Origin: Candidatus Saccharicenans sp.
GTDB taxonomy: Bacteria > Acidobacteriota > Aminicenantia > Aminicenantales > Saccharicenantaceae
Reading direction: 5' to 3'
Assembly: GCA_017992175.1 (NCBI GenBank)
Contig: JAGOPD010000003.1
Coordinates: 7,811-71,810, forward strand
DNA: 64,000 nucleotides
The position numbers were made by a program, and so were the translations under genes. Positions 9,097-18,796 of this stretch are shown here, in pieces; the first letter of the stretch is position 1; every line of letters starts with the position of its first letter. The notes under the pieces are model-generated. The model did not search any database. It was given only the letters and a program-made list of their open reading frames with translations, and was not told the DNA's origin.

Positions 9097-9942
9097 TCAG
9101 GGAGTCTTAAGGTCTAACACCTGTTGGTATTTCTCGAAAAGCTGTTTCAGCTCCTCTTTGGTTACAACATAACGGCTGATAAAAATTGACACGGTCGGCC
9201 GGACCGGGTCATTGCTTTTGAGCAGGATATAATCCCGCAGCAGTCCTGTCCGGCCTGTTCTGCCAGGCAATTTGATTTCGAACTCAACCGCCTGGCCGGC
9301 CGGCAACTGGTAGGGAAAAATCACAGGCTTATTTTTGACCAGAAAAGAAAACTCTGGATTTTCTGGCTCAATTCTCAGTTCCAGCTGGCCGGTATTTCTG
9401 ACCAGCAATTTTGCCGAGCTCTCTTCCCCTTCTAAGGAAATACCCAGATCAAGGTTATAGCGGTCAAGTTCCAGCTTAGCCGCCGGGCCGGTTTCAACTT
9501 CGGCCTTGATGGTTAATTCCACCTGAGGTTGCTTTGGATCATTGCTGCCAAAATAAATGTATTTGACTACCGGGCCGCTATAGCCGCGAGAATCAAAGCT
9601 GACTTTAAGGCGTCCTTCTTTCCCTGGAGCTATTTCTTTTTGGGAGACCAGCGCCGCCGCACAACCACAGGAGGTCGTTACTCTGGTAACTTTGAGCGGG
9701 GCTGTGCCTTCATTTTTGAAGATGAATTCATAACTGACTGTTTCCCCCTGTTTAAGCCGGCCAAAATCCCGCTCCAGCTCTTTAAACACTACCCGGGGAG
9801 CTCCGGTCTGACCAGAGCTAAAAGTGGGGCTAAAAAGCAATAGAATCAGGAACGAAGAAATAACCATCACCGCTGACCGTTTAAATCTCATCTTGGCCTC
9901 CGTTATTTTAAATATGATCTCATACTTTAAAAGATTCTTCAA
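9097..9942 (-). CDS. Secreted DUF1573-domain protein (two beta-sandwich repeats)
   Basis: It has a signal peptide, a TSCGCAA motif characteristic of DUF1573, and a second repeated domain. No enzymatic motif was found. Confidence 0.45.
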   Translation of the reverse strand: MKNLLKYEIIFKITEAKMRFKRSAVMVISSFLILLLFSPTFSSGQTGAPRVVFKELERDFGRLKQGETVSYEFIFKNEGTAPLKVTRVTTSCGCAAALVSQKEIAPGKEGRLKVSFDSRGYSGPVVKYIYFGSNDPKQPQVELTIKAEVETGPAAKLELDRYNLDLGISLEGEESSAKLLVRNTGQLELRIEPENPEFSFLVKNKPVIFPYQLPAGQAVEFEIKLPGRTGRTGLLRDYILLKSNDPVRPTVSIFISRYVVTKEELKQLFEKYQQVLDLKTP

Positions 9943-10068
9943 TTTAAAAGCTGAACCCAGGCCGGGACACCTCTCAGGTCAATTGATAGACGGGGCAGAC
10001 AATTTATGTCCAGAATCCGCTGGGAAAAAAGCCCGGACAGGCCAGGACAATAGCTGGCAAAAAAAATC

Positions 10069-10097
10069 TTGACAAACGATAGACACAATAATATATG
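10069..10097 (+). promoter_or_regulatory. Sigma70-like promoter for the Rrf2 regulator, with an adjacent AT-rich candidate operator
   Basis: TTGACA lies at 10069-10074. After a 16-17-nt spacer comes ATATAT/TATATG. The direct repeats ATAGTC...TAGTCA follow at 10098-10120, just before the RBS GAGGG. Confidence 0.4.
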
Positions 10098-10138
10098 ATA
10101 TAGTCGATAATATTAGTCATCTATTATGAGGGCTAAAA

Positions 10139-10588
10139 ATGAAATTATCAACCAAGGGTGAATATGCCAGCCGGGCGATGCTCGAGCTGTCAGTCCGTTA
10201 TGGCCAGGGCCCTGTACCAATAAGAGTCATTTCCATAGCTCAGGCCATCCCCCGTCAGTTTCTGGAACAGATCCTTTTGTCTCTCCGGCGGGCTGGCCAG
10301 GTTAAAAGCAAAAAAGGACCGAATGGCGGATACTATCTGTCCCGGGCTCCTGAGACAATTACCGTGGCTGAAGTCATCAGAGTAATGGACGGCCCATTGG
10401 CCCCCATCAACTGTGTCAGTGTCCTTGAACATGAAACCTGCCCTCTCGAAGAAACCTGCGGGCTGCGCTGCCTGTGGAAGGAAGTCAGGGATATGGTCGC
10501 CAAACATTTAGAGCAAACCACTTTCGCCGATGTCCTCGCCAGGCAGCAAGCTATCAACCAGAAAAAAATGATGGAGAAAAAAAGGTGA
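10139..10588 (+). CDS. Rrf2-family transcriptional regulator (IscR/NsrR-like, with three-Cys Fe-S ligand set)
   Basis: The winged HTH is MKLSTKGEYASRAMLELS...ISIAQAIPRQFLEQILLSLRRAGQVKSKKGPNGGYYL. Cysteines occur in ...NCVS...CPLEETCGLRC.... Confidence 0.8.
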   Translation: MKLSTKGEYASRAMLELSVRYGQGPVPIRVISIAQAIPRQFLEQILLSLRRAGQVKSKKGPNGGYYLSRAPETITVAEVIRVMDGPLAPINCVSVLEHETCPLEETCGLRCLWKEVRDMVAKHLEQTTFADVLARQQAINQKKMMEKKR

Positions 10589-11595
10589 GGCAGGGATTTT
10601 CTTCTGTTGGCTGGCTGATAGCGGTCATGGTCAGCCTGTTTCTAACCACCGCCCGGGCTCAAACCGGCGAGCAGGCTGAAGGGGACAAGAATAAAACAGC
10701 CTCAGCTGTTCTGTCTTCACTGCCAATCAAGTTATCGGGCTATGCCCAAATTCAGGGCGCCTGGAAAAATGAGGCTAATGATACGTTTTCTATCAGGCGG
10801 GCTCGTCTCACTCTGAGCGGGCAATTACTCAAGAGCTTAAGACTCAAAGTTCAGCTTGATTTTACCAAGTCGCCAGCTTTGCTGGATGCCCAGGCCGAAG
10901 TCGTCCCTCGGCGGGAAATAAGTTTTAGAGCCGGGCAATTTCTGGTACCTTTTAGCCTGGAGAACATAACTTCTTCTTCTGACCTGCTGACCATCAACCG
11001 CTCTCAGGCTGTGGAAAAACTCGTTCCGGGCCGGGACAATGGATCTTCCGGACGTGATATCGGAGCCGCTGTTTTTGGCTCTTACTCGATTTTTGACTAT
11101 ACCCTCGGCGTCCTCAATGGCTCCGGAGCAAATAAGGCAGACAGCAATGATCACAAAGATCTGGCCGCGCGGCTGGTAGCTCACCCCTTAAAAACTCTAT
11201 CTCTGGGAATTTCTATTTACAACGGGCGGCAAACAGCCGGCGATAATCCAGCCTTGTTCCTGAGAAATAAATATGGCTTGGAACTGGCTTTTAACTATCA
11301 AGGCTTTGGCCTGCAGGCGGAATTCATTCAGGCCAAAGATGATATGATTAAAAAAGAGGGCTGGTATGCTCTGGCCACTTATTCAATTATCAGGCAGAAG
11401 CTTCAGCTGGTTACCCGTTTAGAGGCCATCAATTTAGACCGGAATCTGCCTGATCAAAAGACCACTATTTATACTGCCGGAGCCAACTGGTTTTTAACTT
11501 CCCGGTCAAAGTTCCAGGCTAATTATGAATATCATCAGACCGAGAGCGGACCTGACCATCAGGCTGTTTTCTTCCTGCTCCAGGCCGGGTTTTAG
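10585..11595 (+). CDS. Phosphate-selective porin O/P-like outer-membrane beta-barrel
   Basis: It has a signal peptide, alternating beta-strand periodicity, a C-terminal aromatic end (..LLQAGF) and an ...RARLTLSGQ... motif. It sits directly upstream of pstS. The likely start is the GTG at 10585 overlapping the Rrf2 stop; the ORF-track N-terminal extension is probably unused. Confidence 0.5.
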   Translation: MRQGFSSVGWLIAVMVSLFLTTARAQTGEQAEGDKNKTASAVLSSLPIKLSGYAQIQGAWKNEANDTFSIRRARLTLSGQLLKSLRLKVQLDFTKSPALLDAQAEVVPRREISFRAGQFLVPFSLENITSSSDLLTINRSQAVEKLVPGRDNGSSGRDIGAAVFGSYSIFDYTLGVLNGSGANKADSNDHKDLAARLVAHPLKTLSLGISIYNGRQTAGDNPALFLRNKYGLELAFNYQGFGLQAEFIQAKDDMIKKEGWYALATYSIIRQKLQLVTRLEAINLDRNLPDQKTTIYTAGANWFLTSRSKFQANYEYHQTESGPDHQAVFFLLQAGF

Positions 11596-11644
11596 AGAAC
11601 ACTAAGCCAAAAGAGAATATCTTAAAAAGGATAAAAAAGAAAAA

Positions 11645-12670
11645 ATGAAAAAGATAAAGTCAAAAAAAACAATTTTGGAAGCTAAGTTTTTGGCTATTCT
11701 TTTTATTATTCTGAACCTGAGCTTTGGCCGGCCGGCTTCTCTTCAACCTTTTTCCCTGGCTCTGGACGGACAGGCTATTGCCAGCCAGGAGAAACCGCTT
11801 TCCGGCCAGCTGAGTATCTCTGGAGCCTGGGCTCTTTATCCTTTGGCTGTCCGCTGGGTAGAAGAATTCAAGAAAGCCAATCCAGCAGTTAAGATTGATC
11901 TTCAGGCAGGCGGGGCGGGCAAGGGCATGGCCGATGTCCTCTCCGGCCTGGTTGACATCGGCATGGTGTCCAGAGAAATCTATCAAGAGGAAATAGCTCG
12001 CGGAGCCCTTCCCCTGGCTGTTGCCCGGGACGCCGTTGTGGCCACTTTAAATGATAAAAATCCGGTTTTGAAGCTTGTTCAGGAAAAAGGGTTGACCAGG
12101 GAAATTTTCCAGGCCATCTGGATAGAAGGCCGGATCAAATACTGGGAGGAGATTTTTGGCCAGCCAGGGAAGACCCCAATTCACCTCTATACCCGGTCTG
12201 ATGCCTGCGGGGCAGCCGAAACCTGGGCAGCTTTTCTGGGCGGCCATCAGGAAGACCTCAAAGGGATTGCCATTTATGGGGATCCCGGGCTGGCTGAAGC
12301 CGTCCGGCAGGATCCGGCTGGATTAGGTTTTAATAACGTAAATTTTGCCTACCATCCGGAAACAGGACGGCCTCATCCCGGCCTGACTATCGGCCCGCTG
12401 GATATTGACGGGAATGGCCGGTTGGATCCGGCCGAGAATTTCTATGCCCGGCGCGATGATCTGACCCTGGCTATTTCTCGAGACCTTTATCCCTCACCCC
12501 CGGCCCGGGAGCTATATCTGGTGGTAAAAAAGCCAATCAGTCATCAGCTTGTCAGGGCTTTTCTCTGGTGGGTTCTCGACCAGGGCCAACAATACACTGG
12601 AGAAGCTGGCTATGTGGCTTTAGCTCAGAACCTGATTCAAGTAGAAAAGCAGAAGCTGACTGAAAATTGA
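11645..12670 (+). CDS. pstS: Phosphate ABC transporter substrate-binding protein
   Basis: It has a signal peptide, and the motif GSGAWALYPLAVRWVEEFKKANPAVKIDLQAGGAGKGMADV...DIGMVSREI is PstS/PBP-superfamily-like. It is followed by pstCAB. Confidence 0.8.
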   Translation: MKKIKSKKTILEAKFLAILFIILNLSFGRPASLQPFSLALDGQAIASQEKPLSGQLSISGAWALYPLAVRWVEEFKKANPAVKIDLQAGGAGKGMADVLSGLVDIGMVSREIYQEEIARGALPLAVARDAVVATLNDKNPVLKLVQEKGLTREIFQAIWIEGRIKYWEEIFGQPGKTPIHLYTRSDACGAAETWAAFLGGHQEDLKGIAIYGDPGLAEAVRQDPAGLGFNNVNFAYHPETGRPHPGLTIGPLDIDGNGRLDPAENFYARRDDLTLAISRDLYPSPPARELYLVVKKPISHQLVRAFLWWVLDQGQQYTGEAGYVALAQNLIQVEKQKLTEN

Positions 12671-13572
12671 ACGATGGAGGCCTGAAAATAGAAATGAAGA
12701 AAGAAAAAGGCAGGCAACTGGCCGCCGGTCTTTTTTCCCTTTTTCCTGTTTTTCTGACTATTGCTATCTTTTTACTGCTGTTAGCCAAGGCTTTTCCCCT
12801 GCTGTCATTAAAATCTTTGCCAGATTTAATTTTCTCCTCTGTCTGGCAACCACAGAAGGGTCAGTTTGGCCTCTGGCCATTCATCCTCGGCACTATCTGG
12901 GTAACAATAACCGCCTTTATTCTGGCAGCTCCATTATCAATTCTGACTGCTATATATATTTCTGATTATGCCTCGAGCCGCTTGAAAAAATGGCTGGCCC
13001 CGGTCCTTGATTTACTGGCCGGCTTACCCTCAGTCATCTATGGCATGTGGGGCATATTATTGATTGTTCCTCTGGTGGGAAAATACTTAGCTCCTCTTTT
13101 CGGGACTTACAGCTCAGGTTATAGCATTCTGACCGCCGGCCTTGTCCTGGCAGTTATGATTTTGCCAACTATAGTCAACGTTTCGGTGGAAGTCTTAAGT
13201 GCCGTGCCGGCCGACCTCAAGGAAGCCGCCCTGGCTCTGGGTGCTACTCGCCTGGAAGTGGTCCGTTATGTAGTCTTAAAAAAATCTCTGCCTGGAGTGG
13301 CCGCAGCCTGTGTTCTTGGCCTGTCGCGGGCTTTCGGTGAAACCATAGCCGTCATGATGGTGGTCGGCAATGTCCCCGTAGCTCCGACCTCGCTTTTTGC
13401 CCCGGCCTATCCGCTGCCGGCTTTGCTGGCTAACAACTATGGTGAAATGCTGTCTATTCCTGGCTATGAATCGGCTTTAAATCTGGCGGCCATTATTCTG
13501 CTGTTGATTGTCATTATTTTCAGCTTGGCCGCCCGGATATATTTAACCAGACTGGGACGGAGGACAGGCTAA
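12667..13572 (+). CDS. pstC: Phosphate ABC transporter permease
   Basis: It has six TM helices and the EAA-like loop ...EAALALGATRLEVVRYVVL.. typical of PstC. Confidence 0.85.
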   Translation: MNDGGLKIEMKKEKGRQLAAGLFSLFPVFLTIAIFLLLLAKAFPLLSLKSLPDLIFSSVWQPQKGQFGLWPFILGTIWVTITAFILAAPLSILTAIYISDYASSRLKKWLAPVLDLLAGLPSVIYGMWGILLIVPLVGKYLAPLFGTYSSGYSILTAGLVLAVMILPTIVNVSVEVLSAVPADLKEAALALGATRLEVVRYVVLKKSLPGVAAACVLGLSRAFGETIAVMMVVGNVPVAPTSLFAPAYPLPALLANNYGEMLSIPGYESALNLAAIILLLIVIIFSLAARIYLTRLGRRTG

Positions 13573-14456
13573 TGGCCAGCCATCCGGCTGGAGATAACAG
13601 CCGTCTGAAGAGAAGGCGGCAGTCAGAGTCAGTCTTCAAATTTATTCTTCTGGCTTCAGTTATTCTGGTCTCCTTGATTCTCTCCGTGATTCTGGTTTCG
13701 ATTCTGTGGAAAAGTCTCCCTGCTTTAAAATTATCCATGATTCTGAAGACACCAGGCACCGGTTATTATCTGGGCCAAAGCGGTGGTATCCTCAATGCGA
13801 TTGTTGGCTCGATCGAAATTGCTTTTGGAGCCACCTTCCTGGCTCTGGTTATCGCCCTGCCGCTGGTGATTTATCTCAATACTTATCTTAAGAGGCGGTC
13901 CTTTCTGGCTGAAGTTATCAGACTGTCACTTGATGTCCTGTGGGGCATTCCGTCAATAGTTTATGGAGTCTTTGGTTTTTTATTAATGCTGATGTTTCAC
14001 CTGCGGGCTTCCCTGCTGGCCGGAATGATAACCATTGCCCTGGTCGAACTGCCCATTCTCAGCCGGGCGATGGACGAAACGATCAGGCTGGTTCCTGCCG
14101 AACTTAAAGAAGCCAGTTACTCGCTGGGAGCCACCCGCTGGACAACAGCTACCAGGATTGTCCTCAGGCAGGCTTTGCCCGGTTTAATTACCTCCGTCTT
14201 AATCGCCCTCGGGCGCGGGCTGGGGGATGGAGCTTCAGTCTTGTTCACGGCTGGTTATACCGACCGGCTAACCACCTCGCTTCTTCAGCCGGTTGCCACC
14301 TTGCCGCTGGCCATCTTTTTCCAGCTCGCCTCCCCTTTTCCCGAAGTTCAGCAGCGGGCCTTCGCTTCGGCCGCCATTCTGACGCTGCTCATTCTGGCCA
14401 TTAGCCTGTTGACCAGGTTTTTTGGCCGGAAACTAAGCCGGAATAAAATAAGATGA
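13572..14456 (+). CDS. pstA: Phosphate ABC transporter permease
   Basis: This is the second permease, with ...EASYSLGATRWTTATRIVLRQALPG.. (PstA signature). Confidence 0.85.
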   Translation: MASHPAGDNSRLKRRRQSESVFKFILLASVILVSLILSVILVSILWKSLPALKLSMILKTPGTGYYLGQSGGILNAIVGSIEIAFGATFLALVIALPLVIYLNTYLKRRSFLAEVIRLSLDVLWGIPSIVYGVFGFLLMLMFHLRASLLAGMITIALVELPILSRAMDETIRLVPAELKEASYSLGATRWTTATRIVLRQALPGLITSVLIALGRGLGDGASVLFTAGYTDRLTTSLLQPVATLPLAIFFQLASPFPEVQQRAFASAAILTLLILAISLLTRFFGRKLSRNKIR

Positions 14457-14484
14457 ACCCATTAGGTGAAGTCAGGAGAAGACC

Positions 14485-15246
14485 ATGGTTGATCACGGAC
14501 GGTTAAGTCTCAAAGAGGTCAGTGTCTATTATGGCCATCAACAGGTATTAAAAAACATCAGCCTGACTATTCCCGACAACAGCCTGACGGTGGTCATCGG
14601 GCCTTCCGGTTGTGGCAAAACGACTCTGCTCAAAGTCCTTAACCGGTTGCTGGATGAAGTTGAGGAGGCTAAAGTGGAAGGTCAGATCTTGCTTGACAAT
14701 CAGGATATCTACCAGCGGGAAGTAGATGTGACTCAGATCAGAAAAAAGATGGGCCTGCTTTCTCAGAAGCCTCAGGTTCTGCCCATGTCCATTTATGACA
14801 ATATAGCTTTCGGCTTGAAGCTTCACCGGCCTTTAAAAAAAGCAGAACTCAACCAGCAGGTAGAAAAATACTTGCGCTTAGCCGGGCTCTGGGAAGAAGT
14901 TAAGGATAGATTAAATGAGCCGGCCGGCCGGTTATCTATCGGCCAGCAGCAGCGGCTGTGCTTGGCCCGCGGCTTAGCCGTTGAGCCTGAAATCATCCTG
15001 GGTGATGAACCGACCTCAGCTCTTGACCCCCAATCGAGCCGCAATGTAGAAGCCCAGCTTCAAAACCTGAAAAAAAACTACACGATTCTGATCGTGACCC
15101 ACATTCTACGTCAGGCCAAACGCTTGGCCGATTATGTTGCTTTCCTTTATCTGGGCGAGCTAATAGAATTCGGCCCGGCTTCTGAAGTCCTGACAACTCC
15201 TCAAGATCCCAGAACCCGGGCCTACATTACGGGCGAAATCAGCTAA
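14485..15246 (+). CDS. pstB: Phosphate ABC transporter ATP-binding protein
   Basis: The Walker A is GPSGCGKTT, the signature is LSIGQQQRLCLARGLA and the Walker B is ILGDEPTSALD. The C-terminal ...TGEIS matches PstB. Confidence 0.9.
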   Translation: MVDHGRLSLKEVSVYYGHQQVLKNISLTIPDNSLTVVIGPSGCGKTTLLKVLNRLLDEVEEAKVEGQILLDNQDIYQREVDVTQIRKKMGLLSQKPQVLPMSIYDNIAFGLKLHRPLKKAELNQQVEKYLRLAGLWEEVKDRLNEPAGRLSIGQQQRLCLARGLAVEPEIILGDEPTSALDPQSSRNVEAQLQNLKKNYTILIVTHILRQAKRLADYVAFLYLGELIEFGPASEVLTTPQDPRTRAYITGEIS

Positions 15247-15251
15247 TTAAC

Positions 15252-18134
15252 TCAGCTTTTCTTAAACTCTTCCAGGAAACGGTAAAAATCTACTTCGTTA
15301 GCTTTCAGACCATGCTGATAGACATAGCGGCCGGCCAAACGCGAAGCGAAAAAGGCCCGGAGATAATTCTCCGGTAATTTGGTCAGCAGGCGGTTAACCC
15401 CAACCAGATCGAGCAATGACCGGGGAACGCCAGCTTCGATGACTTTCTTCAGCAGAACCCTGTCTTTGAACAGATCCGATTCCCGGATTGAATCTTTGAT
15501 CTCGTTTATTTTCTCGCTGATCAAATCAGTCAGGATAGTTCTGGAGATACCCTGGCTGGCATTTTCTTTCCAGATGATTTCAAATTCCAGCCGGGCATTT
15601 TCCCTGATTGCTTCCAGGATTTCTTGGATGTACTGCAACCTGAACTCTGATTCAACCCCGTTTTTAACAGCCATCAGCTCATCCCATTCTTTGTCAGTCA
15701 TCACCAGGCTGGCCAGGACTTCTAAGGAAGAGGAGGTGACACCTCCTTTGTTAGCGGACGCATCTTTATAAAGGATAACGCCCTTTTCCTCCAGCCTGAG
15801 CCTGGCTTCCTGGGTCAGGAAGAGATTGGCACCTTCAATAATGGCTTTGAAGCGAGGTTTCCCATCCTCGTCGATCCAGGCTTTCCAGTTATTAATGTTG
15901 ACCGAAGACGGGCGGCCGCCGCAGGGCACAAAGATATCAGCTCTGAATTTAGGATGCAGATGGAAATTATTGCGGAAGTCCAGCCCGTTTTCAACCTTTT
16001 CACCGTCAGGCAGGGTAATCTCCCTGTCCTTGATATTGACCATAAATCCCTTAGGAGACAGCAGGCTAAGGTTGAAGTTTTCCACCATCTTCCTGGCTTT
16101 GGCCAGCCTGGTTAATTCTTTCCGGTTCAGGCCGTCAGGATCATAGAGAACGCCAGAGCCATCAACAATGGCCAGTATCTTATCTTTCGAAATCAGAATT
16201 TCATTAGAGCCCAGGTCGCCATCGGGACCGCCGGTCATAACTTTGGTAACATTCTCTTCTTTTAAGCCAAGTTTCTTTAAAGTCCCCAGGACATATTCAT
16301 GAACAGAATTAGTCGTCATGCCATAGCGGTCATGAGGGATACCGCCCATGCTGAGGGGCTTACCGGTGGTAAAGGCTTTCCAGAATTTATAGCCACGAGC
16401 CCGGGCCTGCTCCGCCGCGGTTTCCATTAACTCGGCCGTCCATTCATCCGGGCCAAGGAAAAGGATAACTTCCTGACCATAATAATCAACAATACTGTCG
16501 CCAGGCAGCATCAGATCCAGTAAGCCTTCGATATATTTCTTGAAGGCCACCGTCATCTGGTCATTGTAGCCCCAGCTAAGCAAAACAGCACCCTTAGAGC
16601 CGCCTTCTGGCAGATCTTTGTTCTTTTTCTGCTGGGTAAAAGCCAGGTTGTAATTTTCATCAAAGATTGACTCAGAGTTGCGCAGATAGGTCGGATAATT
16701 TATGGAACGGACAATTCTGATGCCACCGCGGGCAATGTCGCGAAAACGGATATGAAAACCGCGGAACTCGCGACCGACAACCTGGAAAATTCCAAAAGGC
16801 TGGGTCGGATAGTCTACTTTATTGATGAAATCAGGCTTATACATATAAGAAATAGAGACCTTCTCTTGTTGATAAAAGTTGGTCCGCAGAATGGCGTTGA
16901 TAAAGTTAATGACCGTCAGAAAGACCAGGCGGTCGGAGCTGACCGTGACCTGGTGGGTGATTTCTTGGCTCAGAGCTTTCAGGTCTTCCTCAATTTCCCG
17001 CCGGTGGTTAAGGGGATTAAACTTTTTCTCGAAAGCTGCGTATAGCTTTTTTACCAGCTGGTAATTGCCGCTCAAAGCTTCCCAGACTCTTTCTTCACTG
17101 AATGTTTCTTTGGCCAGCCTGACTTTCATTTCCCGCACCAGACCCAGAAGTTCTGGCGAGTCTTTTAAAGCTTTAGAGATTTTGACATATTCGTCATTAA
17201 AACTGCTCAGGAATTGATAGCAAAAACTCCAGGCCGAAACACCGAATACCATTTCCTGAGCAGTCAGTTTGCCTCCTCTAAAAAGCCCGGAGAGAGGGCT
17301 TTCCGGTATGACATAAATCAGGCTGATATCAGAAATCAGATCCCGCAATTTCTGTTCATCGGTAACATCATCAACATAAAAAGTGAAGATGGTTTTTCCA
17401 TTAGCCAGTGGTTCTAAATATTTGCGTTTGGAAACCAGGCCATGAGAATTAATAACATCAGAGACATTGATAAAAAACCTGGGGATAGAATTGCTGTTGC
17501 AGATAATGGTAATCCGCAGGGTTTTTTTCTGGCCAAGGTGAGTAGCTTCAATATAAGGGCTTTCCTTCTCTCTGGTTTTTCTAATTAAGGCCTGATAGTG
17601 ATCAAAGGTTTCCTTGGAAATCGAAGACAGAAAACCCTGGTCGGCCACCTTTTTTAAATCAGTTTCTTGCGGTTTAATTTCCCGGCTGGCAAAATCTGGC
17701 CGGCTGACCAGATACCAGCGCAGATATTCGGCACCATGCAACTTTTCAGCTGAACGGTAAGATTGAATCCGGAAACCAGGATAGTTTTTCTCGATCCTTT
17801 CTTCAATTTCTATGGCCCGGTAATGATTGTCTTCAACCAGATACAGAGCTTCTTCAGCTGCTTCACTGGCCAGATCTATTCTGACTGCTTTTTCCCCTCT
17901 GACCATAGCCAGGATCTCTCCAGCCCGGAGAGCTTCAATATGACGGGCAATTGTTTCGAGCGGAACAGTCTGGAAATATTGCTCGCTTAAACCCAGACCG
18001 GTACAGAAGGTTTCAATTTCCTGCCTGACTGATTCAGCTGGAAAATAATTGTCCTTTAAAATGATAGCTTCGATTTTTTGCAGCTGATTTTCCGACAGGC
18101 AAGATTTTGTTGACATCTCTTTCCAAGACTTCAT
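15252..18134 (-). CDS. Large NAD-specific glutamate-dehydrogenase-like protein (Glu/Leu/Phe/Val dehydrogenase superfamily, 960 aa)
   Basis: The C-terminal half carries GDH-type motifs: ARGGIRIV, DLPEGGSKGAV (catalytic-Lys box), GGPDGDLGSNE (dinucleotide fold) and ANKGGVTSSSLEV (compare GDH NAGGVxVSYFEW). The long N-terminal extension is like that of large bacterial NAD-GDHs. Confidence 0.55.
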   Translation of the reverse strand: MKSWKEMSTKSCLSENQLQKIEAIILKDNYFPAESVRQEIETFCTGLGLSEQYFQTVPLETIARHIEALRAGEILAMVRGEKAVRIDLASEAAEEALYLVEDNHYRAIEIEERIEKNYPGFRIQSYRSAEKLHGAEYLRWYLVSRPDFASREIKPQETDLKKVADQGFLSSISKETFDHYQALIRKTREKESPYIEATHLGQKKTLRITIICNSNSIPRFFINVSDVINSHGLVSKRKYLEPLANGKTIFTFYVDDVTDEQKLRDLISDISLIYVIPESPLSGLFRGGKLTAQEMVFGVSAWSFCYQFLSSFNDEYVKISKALKDSPELLGLVREMKVRLAKETFSEERVWEALSGNYQLVKKLYAAFEKKFNPLNHRREIEEDLKALSQEITHQVTVSSDRLVFLTVINFINAILRTNFYQQEKVSISYMYKPDFINKVDYPTQPFGIFQVVGREFRGFHIRFRDIARGGIRIVRSINYPTYLRNSESIFDENYNLAFTQQKKNKDLPEGGSKGAVLLSWGYNDQMTVAFKKYIEGLLDLMLPGDSIVDYYGQEVILFLGPDEWTAELMETAAEQARARGYKFWKAFTTGKPLSMGGIPHDRYGMTTNSVHEYVLGTLKKLGLKEENVTKVMTGGPDGDLGSNEILISKDKILAIVDGSGVLYDPDGLNRKELTRLAKARKMVENFNLSLLSPKGFMVNIKDREITLPDGEKVENGLDFRNNFHLHPKFRADIFVPCGGRPSSVNINNWKAWIDEDGKPRFKAIIEGANLFLTQEARLRLEEKGVILYKDASANKGGVTSSSLEVLASLVMTDKEWDELMAVKNGVESEFRLQYIQEILEAIRENARLEFEIIWKENASQGISRTILTDLISEKINEIKDSIRESDLFKDRVLLKKVIEAGVPRSLLDLVGVNRLLTKLPENYLRAFFASRLAGRYVYQHGLKANEVDFYRFLEEFKKS

Positions 18135-18307
18135 TTAGATACTCCTTTCCAAGAATTTTTCTTAATTCAGAAGAGACTTCGTTTTTTATCTCAGATTTGT
18201 TGATTTTATTCTTTAGCTTCTAGTTATTAGGATCTAAAATCTGCTCCCCTGAATTAGAAACAATTATAACAAAATGAGATAAGTAAAGCAAAAAACCGGG
18301 GCCGCGG

Positions 18308-18784
18308 TCAGCTGCTCAACAGAACGGTAGCCCAGGCCTCAATCGCCTGACCTGAGCCCAGGTCCCCCAGCCCTTCCGCTGTTTTAGCCTTGATCCCGAG
18401 GCTGGACGAGCTCAGGTCCAGCAGTGGACACAAACTGCCCTTCATCTGAGAAATAAAAGTCGCCAGTTTTGGTCTTTCCAGAATAACTATTGAATCGGCA
18501 TTGACCACCGTCAGGCCGCAAGCTCTGATCTGCTTCATAGCTGTTTGCAGCAATTTCAGGCTGGAAATATCTTGATAGGCGGGGTCGCTATCCGGGAACA
18601 TTTGCCCAAGATCGCCCAGACCGGCTGCCCCTAACAGGGCATCTATCAGGGCATGAACCAGCACATCGCCATCAGAATGAGCCAGGCAGCCCGTGGGGGA
18701 AGGAATATTGACTCCCCCGATGATCAAAGGCCGGCCAGGCCCCAGCCGGTGCGAATCAAAGCCCAGTCCAACTTTAAAAGACAT
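18308..18784 (-). CDS. ispF: 2-C-methyl-D-erythritol 2,4-cyclodiphosphate synthase
   Basis: The sequence MSFKVGLGFDSHRL...GHSDGDVLVHALIDALLGA...GDLGQMFPDSDP is the canonical IspF metal- and substrate-binding set. Confidence 0.9.
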   Translation of the reverse strand: MSFKVGLGFDSHRLGPGRPLIIGGVNIPSPTGCLAHSDGDVLVHALIDALLGAAGLGDLGQMFPDSDPAYQDISSLKLLQTAMKQIRACGLTVVNADSIVILERPKLATFISQMKGSLCPLLDLSSSSLGIKAKTAEGLGDLGSGQAIEAWATVLLSS

Positions 18785-18796
18785 TAGCTTCCCCGG

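Noticed and set aside
18135-18307. GC-rich CCGGGGCCGCGG followed by T-tract (minus strand), considered as an ispF terminator
   Set aside because: Stem pairing is poor when drawn out. ispF is followed by the convergently ending GDH-like gene, so the need for a terminator is plausible but the structure is unconvincing.
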